A stretch of 58,709 bases of DNA, counting the filler, from Streblomastix strix (taxonomy: Eukaryota): NCBI GenBank assembly GCA_008636045.1. It is 3 parts of 3 records of this genome, joined end to end, with 100 filler letters (N's around TTAATTAATTAA, not from the genome) between each part and the next. Parts side by side here need not be neighbours in the genome. Positions count along the whole stretch, not along the records: positions 39,232 to 58,709 come from SNRW01000510.1; 2 more parts are not named here. One strand, given 5' to 3'. Every line of letters starts with the position of its first letter. Position 1 is the stretch's first letter. The notes beneath the pieces were generated by a model that saw nothing but the letters and a program-made list of their open reading frames with translations, had not been told where the DNA came from and searched no databases. This document shows, piece by piece, positions 55,916 to 58,709 of the stretch. The translations under genes were made by a program, and so were the position numbers.

Positions 55916-57506
55916 ATGTCGATCGGTTATATCGATGAAAGATTGTTTGACTCTACTGGTTTATCTGACTTCCCCGAATTATACGCATATAACAAAAAAA
56001 GGTATCCAAAGCCGATTGGTGAGCCATCTCACCGAGTACCTACTGGAGATCAAACTCTGCAATTGCAGGTGAAAAATAATGAAGATATAATCTATGGTTC
56101 AAGCGAAGGCTCAAATGATGCGTTCGAACCACCAGTGTTGAACGCTATTACGAAATTTGATTTGAGTTCATAATTAGAGCGATAAAGTTTCTTAGCATCC
56201 AATGGTTCAGATCCAACATTAATCGTTTATGGAGATAGGATTACACTAACCGCATCATATGCAACAACATGTTTATTTCCTGGTGGTGGTTAGATGTTTA
56301 AATATTTATTCAAAAAATTATCCCCCAGAAGCAAGTGATTAAGTGATTGTATTAGTTGGACCGATGCTCCGAATACACATAATATATTTTGTTATATTGA
56401 TTAAAACGGGCCATCTGTTATATGTAATAAATAGATTCCATCAAATACTGCACTCATATTTAATATTACTTATTATAAATAGTATGAATCATCAAAAAAA
56501 AATAAATTATGATGCTAATAATGACGGAAAATTAGTCATTATGGATACATGGAATTAAAATGGAAAAGGTTAATTTGAAGCCTAATCGTATGTCTATGAA
56601 ATAGTTAAAAAATTAACTAATTTAATCGAGGCAGGAGTGTAAGGTCTAAATAGAACTAATTATTTGAACAGTGAAATTAAATTAATGGATGAATTAGCGA
56701 TACGTAATGCAGATAGAGCAGCATATTTTATTAAAGATGGTCCGTTTATCACATATAGCTCTGAAGCAAAATTGGCACAATTAGACGTCAACCTTGATAC
56801 GTAATAAACTATATATAAATTATTTTCGACAATCAATAAAAAATTACTACCACCAAATACGAAATATATGCCTATTCATGCCGAACAATAGGAATTTTCT
56901 GCTATATGTTTGTTCAAGGATATGTATGATAAGTCGTCAGCTGTGTAGGTGGCCGTTGGTGGAAAATTAAATATATTTGATTGTGAATTTCATACAATGT
57001 ATATCCTTGATAACCATGCGAACGAATCAGCATCAAATGAAGCAATATCTACAGATTCTTTCATCGATGAAGTAAAAATAAAATATGAAAAATAATTAAG
57101 TTCATCTCCAAAACCACAATATACGATAGCAAATGTGTTCATTTAATGTTTAACTAAAGATTTTTTCTTTTCATTAGCATATAATACGTTCTATATCGTT
57201 GATGATTGCACATGTAGAATATGTGTATTCAATCTATGTTTCGAATCAAAAGGGTTGCAAGGGATGACATAAGAAGTAGGTCGTATTCCTGATTCTGCAT
57301 TACCTGCTGATTGTAAAAATTTAGGCTTCCCAGCATCAATATATAGAACATAGGGTGAATGATAGAATAATTTTTCTGTGTATTATTTTAGTCTAAATGC
57401 TTAACTTAAAATGCGATATTTTTAATTATCAGAACCATAACTGTCATTCCCGGAATATTCAGCTGATATTTATAAATATTGTGCAAGTAGAATGTATTAT
57501 TTGTGA
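55916..57506 (+). pseudogene. Second putative virion structural (fibre-tip-like) gene relic
   Basis: MSIGYIDERLFDSTGLSDFPELY..; C-terminal YIVDDCTCRICVFNL..EVGRIPDSALPAD..FPAS..YCASRMYYL-TGA resembles the G.LP...P beta-sandwich tip pattern. Internal TGA and frameshift near 56337. Confidence 0.45.
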
Positions 57507-57558
57507 TAAAAATCAATGAAAAGTATATGATTTTGGAACGGATAATTTAAGTAAACAC

Positions 57559-57656
57559 TGAATGACTTTTGAGTGTTCCGAGCATTCAGAGTATTCCGAG
57601 TCAAAAACTTTCATCAAAAACTGCTACCAGACTGCCATTGAGTAAGAAATGAGAAA
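57559..57656 (+). repeat. Intergenic viral repeat, copy C (3 x 9-bp unit)
   Basis: TGAATGACTTTT-GAGTGTTCC-GAGCATTCA-GAGTATTCC-GAGTCAAAAACTTTCATCAAAAACTGCTACCAGACTGCCATTGAGTAAGAAATGAGAAA. Confidence 0.9.
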
Positions 57657-57736
57657 TATTGAAAATAAAAATCATTTATTCAAATCCAAAATAATACATA
57701 TAAAATTTTATTTTTATTATAAATAAACTTATTACT

Positions 57737-58045
57737 GTAGGCATCTTTTCAAAAATATAGCAATTAGTTTTAAATGTAGGGAAAGGTCTATAAGGTGTTA
57801 AAGATAATGTTTATAAACAGTTCATAAAACCGTTTGCAAAACCAATACTTGCAACCTTCGGTCCTGTCGGCTAAACAATAGGTAAAGGCTTAGATGTTGC
57901 TAGTTCATTTCTTGATTATGGCTATGATGCAGATAAAAATAGTTAATTTAGATAAGATTTTGAAACGTTAAGAAATGACGAATATTTAAGATAAAAATTA
58001 CCAATTGATATACAGAGTCGAAGAATATAATTATAAAACCAATGA
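57737..58045 (+). pseudogene. Small protein with an N-terminal amphipathic helix (candidate membrane-penetration virion protein); no ATG
   Basis: (V)GIFSKIQQLVLNVGKGLQGVKDNVYKQFIKPFAKPILATFGPVGQTIGKGLDVASSFLDYG..-TGA 58043-58045. Confidence 0.5.
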
Positions 58046-58133
58046 AAAATAAAATAAATAATGATCAATTTTCTATCGGTTAGGAATATTTATTTTTTCA
58101 TGTTACGACTATTTAGCTGATCGACTTGCATTT

Positions 58134-58650
58134 ATCATAGAAGTAAATCTATCGATGGAAATCTATAAAATCACGCAACAATTGAATCATTTATTTATAA
58201 TACAATCAAGCCGAAAAGTGAGAAAAATAATAGAAAACATATTCATTCTTTATATGAAAATATTCATAAATTCGATACTTCAGCGTGTGGAACATATATA
58301 AGTATGCGTGAGATGGAAGAGCTAATAGGAAATCAAACAGCTGTTCCATATACAATTCCAATACGTTTCAGAGTCAGTATTCCATTTGATGACCTCTTGA
58401 TATTCTCAGCCTTCACTGACTATCCTAATGGCTTATTTGGAGATTTAAAAATTAAATTCAAAATTAATCCTCATGCTTTCGTTTTCTGTCAAGTGAATCC
58501 AATTATTTCAATGGCTAAATATTATGCTATGAATAAAGATAAGTTATTGGGTAGCAGTCAGTAGAAGCTAATGGATATCGATTTGATGTTCAGAAATTGG
58601 AGTTTGACATTCTAATATACTAAATAATTTACATAATTGGATTCACTTGA
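58134..58650 (+). pseudogene. Major capsid protein fragment (double jelly-roll, Polinton-like virus type), 5'-truncated
   Basis: YHRSKSIDGNLQNHATIESFIYNTIKPKSEKNNRKHIHSLYENIHKFDTSACGTYI..IRFRVSIPFDDLLIFSAFTDYPNGLFGDLKIKFKINPHAFVF. The IP...L..F....P.....L.I.F signature is typical of the first jelly roll, and I recognise the sequence as resembling metamonad Polinton-like capsid proteins. Confidence 0.65.
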
Positions 58651-58709
58651 CAGAAAACGAAAGCATGAGGATTAATTTTGAATTTAATTTTTAAATCTCC
58701 AAATAAGCC

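Larger units (their letters stand above)
49247..58650. mobile_element. Decayed endogenous Polinton-like DNA virus (partial)
   Basis: Compact, intron-less cluster of a primase-SF3 helicase, two fibre-like genes, a small amphipathic protein and a capsid-like ORF, punctuated by a conserved intergenic repeat. The true element termini are not visible. Confidence 0.72.

Overview
Very AT-rich, intron-containing eukaryotic DNA. It consists of three contigs (1-19520, 19621-39131, 39232-58709) joined by artificial N-TTAATTAATTAA-N linkers. TAA and TAG are read as Gln and TGA is the only stop (translation table 6), so the supplied standard-code ORF track is largely fragmentary or spurious. The code, composition and gene content fit an oxymonad such as Streblomastix, which is my inference. 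Contig 1 holds a SAP30BP/HCNGP-like gene, a hAT-type MITE, a 7.7-kb USP7-like gene lacking the catalytic Cys and His and carrying one in-frame TGA, hAT transposase relics flanking a beta-alpha NAD(P) transhydrogenase relic, and a tyrosine recombinase fragment. Contig 2 holds a TTBK/CK1 kinase with a ~2700-aa Q/N/S-rich tail, a coiled-coil gene, cyclin Y, a truncated RPS20 preceded by a candidate U17/snR30-like H/ACA RNA, and a cluster of non-autonomous DNA transposons. Contig 3 holds a mariner pseudogene and a decayed endogenous Polinton-like virus (primase-SF3 helicase, fibre-like genes, an amphipathic small protein and a major capsid fragment). The viral genes use the host's code, and their modules are separated by three ~90-105 bp repeats carrying 9-bp iterons in alternating orientation. 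All protein-family assignments come from hand translation and motif recognition, not database searches.
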